NCBI GenBank assembly: GCA_050309605.1
Contig: JBNRMN010000010.1
Location: 1-64,000, forward strand
DNA length: 64,000 nt
Reading direction: 5' to 3'
Source of the DNA: Anaerohalosphaeraceae bacterium
GTDB lineage: Bacteria > Planctomycetota > Phycisphaerae > Sedimentisphaerales > Anaerohalosphaeraceae
Shown one piece after another: positions 51,938 through 60,404 of the stretch (positions are counted from its first letter, which is position 1; every line of letters starts with the position of its first letter). Under the pieces are notes generated by a model that did no database searches, had not been told where the DNA came from, and saw only the letters and a program-made list of their open reading frames with translations. The position numbers were made by a program, and so were the translations under genes.

Positions 51938-54900
51938 TTACCAAGCATCCACTGAAAGCGGATCAACCGTGTAGAGGGCCTCATTCAAAGCCGACCACTG
52001 CCCTCCTGATAAGGCACGTGCTTTGACGGTTTGTGTTTCGGTCAAGGCGATAGGACCGGCATACACCATTGCTTCGGGGCAAACTTCGCCACCCGGACGT
52101 CGCGGATCGGGTCCGTCGAGGGTAAACCAAATCACGGCTCCGGGCACGGATGATTCCATCGTCAGTTCGGCCCCGGAGGGGATTGGTCCGTCGTGTCGGG
52201 CTGTGCCGTTGATGTGGAAAACAGGGGCGTCAACGGATGGATACAATCCGTAATGGATCAATTGCTGCAGGACAATACCGGGGCGCTGAGGTAAATAGGT
52301 CATCAGAATATAATCACGTTCCGTCCGCCAATGGGCCTGTGTCCATGGTGTTGTCGCATGTTGATCGCCCCAACGGGCCGATTCCGCAACGATGGCCGAT
52401 TCAACCTGGTCGGCCAGATCTCGGTATAAGGCCGAGGCCGAATCAGTCGTCATGACTCCGTTATTAAACAGGTGCTTATGAGCGTGGTCACCAAATCGAA
52501 GACGGTATTCGGTGTTGGACATCAGCCGATTATGAAGTCGTCCGAGTGTTCGGTCGTTGGTATAAACCTTGCCGATCATATCCAGTGTCACCGGGGAACG
52601 CGGGGAGTTCAGAATATCTTCAATGTCCCAGCAGTAAAACTTAAAACCGGTGCTGCCGTCAAGCCGATAGCGCCCGAACCAGTAATTGTTGTCATTCCAG
52701 CCCCAATCCTGATTGCCGGTCCAGAAGTTCACCAGCATATAGTTAATAAAATTATCCATATCCAGCAGAACAGCAAGGGCGGGATTGCGTGTGCCGTCGG
52801 CGTTGCACCCCTGAAGTTTCCAATAAGCGTCGTTGGAAAGAATGGTTGTATCGCGCGGGTTATGGTAGTCAGCGGTCTCCAGCATCTGATTGAGAGCGTC
52901 TCGTGTCCCTTCACTCAGCTCGTAGTTTTTATGTTTGAAGACATCCCATTCTCGTTTCTCTCCGCCGTAATACGCGGCTGAAAACGCGGCGTCAGGGCGC
53001 TCCACCAGATTATACAATCCCCAGTAAAGTCCGTTGACATAAAGATGAACGAAAATGCCGTGCGCCGCGGCCGCACCGTGGTCGCTTCCCGCCGCGGCCT
53101 GCAACCGACGTCCGAATTCATCCCGGATATACTGCGCTTTGCCGCCCATCGAAGCCCAGGAGTAGCCGTCATTCCCCTGGGCGCGGAGGACAAGGGTGTT
53201 GTGGCGGGTCGCCGCCTCTTGATCGTACTCAAAAAACGGAAAATCCAGCGCACCAGGACCGTATTCGCGTTTGAACAGCAGCCGGAAAGAATGTTTGGCC
53301 GTGGCGCTTGGCCGACGAAAATAGCCGCCCTGAATACGAAGACCGCAGTTGACCTGAAGTTTCTTGTCGGAGTCGGTTTCAAAGTATTCCATCGACGCGG
53401 GAACTTCCCATAGCGGTAACCCGTCATCGACTGGAATGGCGGTTTGTGTTGGATTGGCATAAATTCCGTAAGACGGATCAAACAGATTGCCCTGATCGGT
53501 AACCAGCGAGATGACCGGCAGCGATTGCAGCGACTCGACCATCTGCCCGCTGTAGTTCGGATGCTCCACGATGCGGGGATCCATTTCATAGTCGGCCGCG
53601 TAACTGGTATTCGACACATCTTTCCAAACCGCGGGAAAACCGTCGGGAAGTGTCGGCTGATGGATGACATCGGCCGGAAAAATGTATGTATGGGTTTCAA
53701 TGTCGGATGACAAATAACCGCTTTTGACCGCGACCGCTCGCAGACACGTGGTTCGAGTAATCGGAACTGGTCCGGAATACAGGATGCCGTCTTCAGGCGT
53801 TGGCCTGCCGCCGTCGATGGTGTAATAAATGGCGGCCTCCTGTGTTTTGGTGGATAAGAGGACGTCAAATGGCTGGTCGTAATAGCCGCGGGAATGACTG
53901 AACTGAATCTTCTCGACGCGCCCCGGAAAGGCATGCGGGCTGTTGACTTGCCCCGGTGTAGGCTGCTTGAAATAGCCCGACGGCCCGCATTCGGCGACCA
54001 CGCCGATCAGTTCAACATCCATTAAAAAATCCTCGTCGTCCGCTGACATATTCAATCCATGAATCGCCAGTACATTCCGACCTTCACGCAGCAAATACGC
54101 GTAGGGCGTCAGGTTGATCGTTTCATACAAAATGGCCTGTGGTTTGGGGTTCTCGGCGGTTGACGCTGCGTTCCAAAGGGACGGATTCCAGACCAGATCC
54201 GCCGGCGCATTTCGGCGGGCTGCCAGAACGCCGTTCAAATAAACCGCAAAGCCATCGTCATAGCGTGCCTTGAGATACAAAAAATCGAAGGGGCGTTCGG
54301 TTGCAACGGTGAACGGAATTCGCAAAAAGATCGAACTGTTTCTGTGCTGCATGGCGTTGCGCACGTTCGTCTCAATCAGTGAAGAATAGGTATTGTTCAG
54401 CGACGCACTTGCGAGAACGTCCACTTCCGCCAGTGTCAGTGTGTTGCGGTCGCTGTTGCTGCCCGGATCATCGGGATCGGCGGTGCGATGCACGCGCACG
54501 ATACCGCCGAGTATCGGTTCCGATGAAAAATCCACCGAAAGAAACGTCGGGTCATTCAGGATGTTGTGAGGGTTCAGCAACTCGGAGACATAGATATCGG
54601 TAGTGTCCTCCGGGTCGCGAATCGAGACGGTAATATCACGAAGCCGTGCCCAGCAGCAGTTCAGACGGTTATAAAGGACAATCTCCGAAATATAATACGC
54701 GCCGCCCAGGTTCACCTGCCAGGTCGAGTTTGTATCCCAACCGGCGGTATGACTAAATGTATTCAGCAGGCCATCGACGGCGTTTGAGGCAGGGTAACTT
54801 ACGCTGTAGTCAGACGATTGCGCCGCCGGTTTGCCAAGGGCGAGATTTTCTGGTGTTGCGCCCCATCCGCTTGCATCGTATCCCACGCCCATGACAGCGC

Positions 54901-55648
54901 TGTCCCAATGGGCGTCATCAAAGGATACCGTGTGCCAGCCAGCCGGCAAATCAGCCGCCCCGGCGGGAACCCGGTAACGACAGAATGCGCCGCTCGTAAC
55001 GAGGGTATCGCTGTGTCCGGTAATCGGAACGCCGTAAGACATATCTGTAAACTGTTCGGGGAATTCGGGTTTGTACTCATGGACAATCGTCTTTCCGTCC
55101 GGTTTGACCAGTGCCAAATATTCCCCTTCTTTATCAAGTGCAAAATTGGTATGAAGCGGCCCGGACGGGTCCCGCCGATCTTTGCCGGAGGCCAGAACAA
55201 CCATGACATCCCCGGCGTCGATGCTTATGCTTGGAAACATCCACTTTGTCAGATTGCCCGCTTTGTCGGTCAAATACCAGCCGTGCAGATTCACCGGCCC
55301 GGCCGTCATATTGTACAACTCAATCCAGTCGGACGCATCGCCGTCCTCATCCTGGAGATCATTTTTGTTCGAAGCCAAAAACTCGCTGATGATCAGCCGA
55401 TTGACCTTTTTTTGCCAGTTTTCGGAAAGATGATGATAATCGTGTAAATCGACTATCCGATCTTGATTGATGTCCGCCTCAGGGCCGTCGGTAAGCCATT
55501 GTTCAGCCATCAGGGCCAAATCCGCCATATCGACTCGACAATCCTTATTCACGTCTCCGAGCGGACAAATCGCCCCACTCGTGCACCATGAAAAATGGAA
55601 CAATGTGACCATGAAACAGACATAGCCAATATGACGATAGCATTTCAT
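51938..55648 (-). CDS. CotH-kinase-family protein with N-terminal dockerin-like, lamin-tail, F5/8 and FN3-like domains
   Basis: GDVNKDCRVDMADL..WL, ISEFLASN...DEDGDASDWIELYN (LTD), LRIQGG, KHSFRL, YWGLYNLVE and WDIE. Start set at ATG 55648. Confidence 0.8.
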   Translation of the reverse strand: MKCYRHIGYVCFMVTLFHFSWCTSGAICPLGDVNKDCRVDMADLALMAEQWLTDGPEADINQDRIVDLHDYHHLSENWQKKVNRLIISEFLASNKNDLQDEDGDASDWIELYNMTAGPVNLHGWYLTDKAGNLTKWMFPSISIDAGDVMVVLASGKDRRDPSGPLHTNFALDKEGEYLALVKPDGKTIVHEYKPEFPEQFTDMSYGVPITGHSDTLVTSGAFCRYRVPAGAADLPAGWHTVSFDDAHWDSAVMGVGYDASGWGATPENLALGKPAAQSSDYSVSYPASNAVDGLLNTFSHTAGWDTNSTWQVNLGGAYYISEIVLYNRLNCCWARLRDITVSIRDPEDTTDIYVSELLNPHNILNDPTFLSVDFSSEPILGGIVRVHRTADPDDPGSNSDRNTLTLAEVDVLASASLNNTYSSLIETNVRNAMQHRNSSIFLRIPFTVATERPFDFLYLKARYDDGFAVYLNGVLAARRNAPADLVWNPSLWNAASTAENPKPQAILYETINLTPYAYLLREGRNVLAIHGLNMSADDEDFLMDVELIGVVAECGPSGYFKQPTPGQVNSPHAFPGRVEKIQFSHSRGYYDQPFDVLLSTKTQEAAIYYTIDGGRPTPEDGILYSGPVPITRTTCLRAVAVKSGYLSSDIETHTYIFPADVIHQPTLPDGFPAVWKDVSNTSYAADYEMDPRIVEHPNYSGQMVESLQSLPVISLVTDQGNLFDPSYGIYANPTQTAIPVDDGLPLWEVPASMEYFETDSDKKLQVNCGLRIQGGYFRRPSATAKHSFRLLFKREYGPGALDFPFFEYDQEAATRHNTLVLRAQGNDGYSWASMGGKAQYIRDEFGRRLQAAAGSDHGAAAAHGIFVHLYVNGLYWGLYNLVERPDAAFSAAYYGGEKREWDVFKHKNYELSEGTRDALNQMLETADYHNPRDTTILSNDAYWKLQGCNADGTRNPALAVLLDMDNFINYMLVNFWTGNQDWGWNDNNYWFGRYRLDGSTGFKFYCWDIEDILNSPRSPVTLDMIGKVYTNDRTLGRLHNRLMSNTEYRLRFGDHAHKHLFNNGVMTTDSASALYRDLADQVESAIVAESARWGDQHATTPWTQAHWRTERDYILMTYLPQRPGIVLQQLIHYGLYPSVDAPVFHINGTARHDGPIPSGAELTMESSVPGAVIWFTLDGPDPRRPGGEVCPEAMVYAGPIALTETQTVKARALSGGQWSALNEALYTVDPLSVDAW

Positions 55649-55922
55649 AATTCTTGTCTCGCAACATAGGGAACATCGCCCATCAGTCAATCGCAAATAA
55701 TGACAGCCTCTCGATATGGATTTCCCGTAAAACACTATTTCTTTCACGAACTTTTTGAAGTCAATCGTTTTTAATCCGGAACAGATGGAAAACCAGACAA
55801 TATCTTACTTAAAGAAGGAGTAAAAACTTAAGGTCGAGATATTTTGTACGGCTGCGACAGCAGGGGGGCGAAAGCCGTTTAATATCATTTTTGGAAAGCT
55901 GTTTTCAGTATTGAAAACGCAG

Positions 55923-57668
55923 TCATCTAAAGGTTAAGAAATGGACTGCATCAGGCAGCAATGGGCTATCATAATAGCTCAAATAAGGTTCATGTTGGTC
56001 GGATTTCGAAAAACGAATTTTCGAATCATAACCGGACGAACGTACGCCGGTCCCCGTGATGCGCCCTGCCGGGGGCGGGGCGTTTGAGATGTATTTGACA
56101 TGTTCTGAGTCGGAAACGGTATAGGGTCCGGCGCTGTCGTTGATCAGGGTATCCTCAAAGGTAACATTCTCGCAATATTTGACGGTACAGCCATTGCCGG
56201 CGTTGATGTGAACGTTCTTAAACACAACATCCTGAATGCGGCTTTCGGGCAGCCCGGTACACTGAATGGCGGTTCTTACTCCGCCTTCTGACCGGATGTT
56301 CTCATAACGAATATTTCTGAATACAGGCGGTCTCGGCGCCGGTGTACCATCATTATTGACACTGTAATCCATTGTCAGTCGAATGCCGAGCCGCATTCGG
56401 GACAGGGTAATATCCCGAAACACAATGTTTTCCACCGTCCCGCCGCGAACGACGTTGGATTTAATATCCAGACCTTCCCAGGAGATTCCGCTGATTGTGC
56501 AGTCGGAAACAAACACGTTTCTGACGCCGCCGGACATTTCACTTCCGATGACAATGCCCCCCATCGATCCATCAATCACATTATCGGTAATCCGGATGTC
56601 CGTTGATGGTCTGCCAACCTCATATCCAATCAGGTTTTTACCCGATTTTACGGCGATGGAATCGTCTCCCGTTTTGAAATAATTATCGAAAATATAGACA
56701 TGGCTGGACGAATCAATGCCGATGCCGTCTCCGTTCCTGATCCGGTATTCCGGATTTCGGGAGATGACTTTTAACTGGCTGAATGTCAGCTTTTTGCTGT
56801 AAATCGCGTGGTTGGTCCAGCCCGGTCCATAACTGAGGGTCAGTCCATGGACATAGACATCTTCTGTGTTGATTAAGTGAATCAAACGTCCGCGAGATCG
56901 AATGCCCGCTTCACGTGCCTGAGCGCGGTCCAAAACACCCCCTGACCCATCAATGGTTCCCTGTCCGATAATTTTTATGTTGAATACATTGGGCGGGCCG
57001 TGGGTATCACGCTGGCCGGCATTTAACAGGCTTGCAAAACACATCAAGTCCCATCCTTCAAAACGCGATTCAATAAAGGGTTTATAGTCGTCCAGATTGG
57101 TCGTGCCCTTGAGTGTGCCTCCCTCAGCGACGTTAAGCGTCATATTGCTTTTCAGAAACAACGCTCCGCTCAAAAAAGTGCCTTTCGGGATCAATACCGT
57201 TCCCCCTTCGGTGCAGGCGTCGATTGCCTTTTGGATGGCTTGGGTATTGACGGTTTCCCCGTCGCCGACAGCACCGTATCGGGTAATATCGAATATCTCC
57301 CCCTTCGGTTCAGTTGTGACCTGTAGCGCATGACTCGCGGCAGAAAGTACGCCGCTTGTGTCTTTTGATTTTACTGTAAACGTATAGGAAGTGTCGGGTT
57401 CAAGCCCTGTCACATTGAAGCCGCCTTTGGTTGTTTCACCAATCAGCTTGCCATCCTGATAGATACAGTAACTGGAAAAGGATGCTTGAACCCAATTGTC
57501 CGGCTTGTCCCAGAGCAGCAGAATCATTGAATCCGTCACGGCCGCCGGCGGAGACATTAGGTTTTGAGGGGGAACAAGAGTGTCTGCATTGAGATTGCCC
57601 GCAATGACAGAACCAAGGATGGTTCCCGTTACTGCCAGTATGAGTAATGACGATTGTCTTTTCAGCAT
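55923..57668 (-). CDS. GH28 polygalacturonase-family protein with N-terminal FN3 domain
   Basis: YGAVGDG...NT.AIQKAID.C, GALFLKS, NGDG, TGDDSIAVKSG and IGSEMSGG. ATG 57668 after AAAGGA. Confidence 0.85.
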   Translation of the reverse strand: MLKRQSSLLILAVTGTILGSVIAGNLNADTLVPPQNLMSPPAAVTDSMILLLWDKPDNWVQASFSSYCIYQDGKLIGETTKGGFNVTGLEPDTSYTFTVKSKDTSGVLSAASHALQVTTEPKGEIFDITRYGAVGDGETVNTQAIQKAIDACTEGGTVLIPKGTFLSGALFLKSNMTLNVAEGGTLKGTTNLDDYKPFIESRFEGWDLMCFASLLNAGQRDTHGPPNVFNIKIIGQGTIDGSGGVLDRAQAREAGIRSRGRLIHLINTEDVYVHGLTLSYGPGWTNHAIYSKKLTFSQLKVISRNPEYRIRNGDGIGIDSSSHVYIFDNYFKTGDDSIAVKSGKNLIGYEVGRPSTDIRITDNVIDGSMGGIVIGSEMSGGVRNVFVSDCTISGISWEGLDIKSNVVRGGTVENIVFRDITLSRMRLGIRLTMDYSVNNDGTPAPRPPVFRNIRYENIRSEGGVRTAIQCTGLPESRIQDVVFKNVHINAGNGCTVKYCENVTFEDTLINDSAGPYTVSDSEHVKYISNAPPPAGRITGTGVRSSGYDSKIRFSKSDQHEPYLSYYDSPLLPDAVHFLTFR

Positions 57669-57708
57669 TGTAATCATCCTTTCCAAACAGTGTCGGTTTA
57701 TTATTGAC

Positions 57709-57736
57709 TGTTCGCATAAAACGGGAATTTCTTTCA
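57709..57736 (-). promoter_or_regulatory. candidate ECF promoter TGAAAGA-N15-CGAACA
   Basis: Recurrent motif ~40 nt upstream of the GH28 start. Confidence 0.55.
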
Positions 57737-57993
57737 ATAATTTTGAAGTTCGAATTAGTTTTTGACTCGCCCACGTCACAACAGGTGGATCGTCCGGACT
57801 TTTGCTTTCGGCTGAACGGCATCGGACGGCGTGCGGATACTGATTGTCTTAGATGAGGTGCGGTTTTATCTACATTAGTGTGTCCTTGGGTTTCTTGTGC
57901 CTGTTTCTCCAATATCAGAGGACATTATTGATGCCAAGAATCTGAACATTTTTCCTTCGGCTCACAAAAAAAGCGTGCAATTTCAGGAAATCC

Positions 57994-58021
57994 TGAAAGA
58001 ATCTCAGCCTTTCTGAGAATA
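57994..58021 (+). promoter_or_regulatory. candidate ECF (autoregulatory) promoter TGAAAGA-N15-AGAATA
   Basis: Recurrent motif ~40 nt upstream of the sigma gene. Confidence 0.55.
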
Positions 58022-58060
58022 TAGCAGTAAATCAAACGCGCTTTTGCGGAGTTAAAGATA

Positions 58061-58597
58061 TTGGATAATCAAGAGAACACGAAATCATTGACCCTGAACT
58101 GGACCTCGGCACAGCCGACGGTCCTGGCGTATATCTCATCCATGGTGCCTAATTTTCAGGATGCTGAGGATATCCTGCAAACCGTTGCGTTGACCATTGC
58201 GGAAAAGTACGATACGTTTGACCCGTCTTGTTCCTTTCTTTCGTGGGCGCTGGGCATTGCACAAAATAAAATTTATGATTATTTCCGAAAACAGTCGAAA
58301 CAGCGTAAAATTAAAATACTGGACACCCACACCGTAGCTCAAATCGCCGAGATTTTTGAAAAAGAAAGCTCTCATCTTAACGAGATGCGCTACGCATTGG
58401 AATTTTGTCTTGGCAAACTGTCAGGGCATTGGCGGCAGATTCTTGAATTGCGGTACATTCGGGAGTTGAGCACCCAGCGCATCGCCCAGCAGTTAGGGAT
58501 GTCCAAAAACGCAATTTTCATCACCCTCCATCGTGTCCGCATAGCCTTGCAGGAGTGCATTCAAAAACGATTGTCCGCGGAGCGAAATCCTCTATGA
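58061..58597 (+). CDS. ECF sigma-70 factor, cassette 3 (close paralogue of cassette 1 sigma)
   Basis: TTG start after GGAG. TL.WT..Q..V.AYISS..PNF.DA.D.LQ.VALTI is shared with 12187. Confidence 0.9.
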   Translation: MDNQENTKSLTLNWTSAQPTVLAYISSMVPNFQDAEDILQTVALTIAEKYDTFDPSCSFLSWALGIAQNKIYDYFRKQSKQRKIKILDTHTVAQIAEIFEKESSHLNEMRYALEFCLGKLSGHWRQILELRYIRELSTQRIAQQLGMSKNAIFITLHRVRIALQECIQKRLSAERNPL

Positions 58598-60339
58598 GAT
58601 ACGATCCGGAAATTCTGTTAAGTCTTTACCTGAACGACAACGAAGAAATGACAGACGAACAGTTTGAATGCCTTCGGTCATGGATTAACGCATCCGAGGC
58701 GCATGCTCTTCAATTTGTTCGCGCCTCTTATATGCATCGATTGGTTCATGACCATATGACGGGAAATGATTTGCAGAAGCGCTTTATGATGCCTGTCGAG
58801 CAGCAGGATGCAGAGTATCGACGCAAAGACGGGTATTGTGAAGCAGCATTTTGGGACGCCCTCTCACAGCACGAAAAAGTTGCCGAAACGCTGGTGCTGC
58901 CGAATGAGTCGTCTGAACAGCAGAAAGAATTGATTTCCGATGTTCGCCGGCGCAAAGCCATGCTGAAAACCGGACAAAAAAAAATCCCTTTCAGTCTATG
59001 GCTGTCGCTGGGTTCTTTGGCGGCCTTGTTTATGATGGTGGCGTATGTCATGCTCAATCCCCGCGTTGCCGAGCCGATCGCAACACTGACAGACAGCCAT
59101 CAGGCCCAATGGCAGTGGAAGTCGCTGGAAATCGGCGCGCGATTGACCAACGCACAGTATCCGATATCGCTGCTTTCCGGCTATGCAAAATTGCAGTTTG
59201 ATAACGGGGCGGATGTCATTCTTGAAGGTCCCGTCGAATTTCAGCTTGTCAGCGCCGAACAAATGCGTGTTTCCCACGGTAAACTGACAGCCGTCGTTCC
59301 TCCCTCGGCGTCCGGCTTTCGTGTGGATGCTCCGGAGATGAGCATCATTGACTTGGGGACCGAATTTTCGGTCGGCATCGACCGGAACGGCTTTTCGGCG
59401 GTCCACTTGTACGAGGGCAGCGCTTCGCTCCAGGTCGGCGAGGTCGGCAATCGCAAAACCAGCCATTTACTAACCGCCGGACAAGCTCGACGAGTGGAGG
59501 CCGCCACTGGACGGATTGAGGTGATTCCGCTGGAGCAGAACACATTTGTCCGACGTCTTGATTCTGAAAAACAGTTTCTCTGGCGGGGTGAATCGGTTGA
59601 TCTGGCCGCGATTGTGGCAGGAGGAGACGGGTTCAGCCCGGTCCGCGGAATCGCCGGCATTAATCCCAAAACCGGTCAGCCGGTTACGGGATACAGGTTT
59701 ACAGTTCACTATTCGACGGCGACGTACCGCCCTGTTCCCGACAATCCCTTTGTGGACGGCGTGTTTATTCCGGACGGCGGGCTGGGGGAGACGATCATTT
59801 CCTCAGCCGGTCATATTTTTAAGGATTGCCCCGATACCGCCGGCAGAAGTGACAATCCCGTCGGAGCGACCAGTCACGATATTTTGACTTTTTGCGATTA
59901 TGATGAGGATGTGATTCCCGAAGCGCGGCGAAATAAAATGGCCGTCTTCAATGGAGTTGCCAGGGGGACCGTCGAGGAGCCGGCGGTTTTGATGCACAGC
60001 AATGTAGGGATTACGTTTGATTTGCAAGCCATACGAAGCCGGCTGTCGGGAGCCGAAATCAGCCAGTTTGACTGCTTCATTGGGTTGCCGGGAAGTTTGA
60101 GAGGTGCAACGTCCCGGTCGGATGTGTGGGTATTGATAGATGGACAGCTCAGATACAGTAAACACGAATTGATGCCCGAAGCCGGGTTGCTGGACATAAC
60201 GATGGATCTGGCCGCTTCAGATCGGTTCCTGACGATTGCCGTGACAGATGCCGCCCACACCTATGAGCCGGGCGAAGGAACATATGCCGATGATTATGTC
60301 TATCTGGTCAATCCGAAACTGGTCTTAAAGGGGCGTTAA
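58594..60339 (+). CDS. FecR-type anti-sigma factor with NPCBM/NEW2-like C-terminus, cassette 3
   Basis: ATGA overlap with the sigma gene. TM helix, IIDLGTEF, HSNVGITFDL and DRFLTIAVTD. Confidence 0.85.
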   Translation: MRYDPEILLSLYLNDNEEMTDEQFECLRSWINASEAHALQFVRASYMHRLVHDHMTGNDLQKRFMMPVEQQDAEYRRKDGYCEAAFWDALSQHEKVAETLVLPNESSEQQKELISDVRRRKAMLKTGQKKIPFSLWLSLGSLAALFMMVAYVMLNPRVAEPIATLTDSHQAQWQWKSLEIGARLTNAQYPISLLSGYAKLQFDNGADVILEGPVEFQLVSAEQMRVSHGKLTAVVPPSASGFRVDAPEMSIIDLGTEFSVGIDRNGFSAVHLYEGSASLQVGEVGNRKTSHLLTAGQARRVEAATGRIEVIPLEQNTFVRRLDSEKQFLWRGESVDLAAIVAGGDGFSPVRGIAGINPKTGQPVTGYRFTVHYSTATYRPVPDNPFVDGVFIPDGGLGETIISSAGHIFKDCPDTAGRSDNPVGATSHDILTFCDYDEDVIPEARRNKMAVFNGVARGTVEEPAVLMHSNVGITFDLQAIRSRLSGAEISQFDCFIGLPGSLRGATSRSDVWVLIDGQLRYSKHELMPEAGLLDITMDLAASDRFLTIAVTDAAHTYEPGEGTYADDYVYLVNPKLVLKGR

Positions 60340-60404
60340 AAGTTTAACCAAAGTTCCCAATGACGGGATGAATAAATCGTTATTTTATTTACGGAGGTTT
60401 TGTT

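Noticed and set aside
60348..60375. AAAG...GAATA upstream of 60405 as another ECF promoter
   Set aside because: The spacing is off by one and the -35 match is poor.
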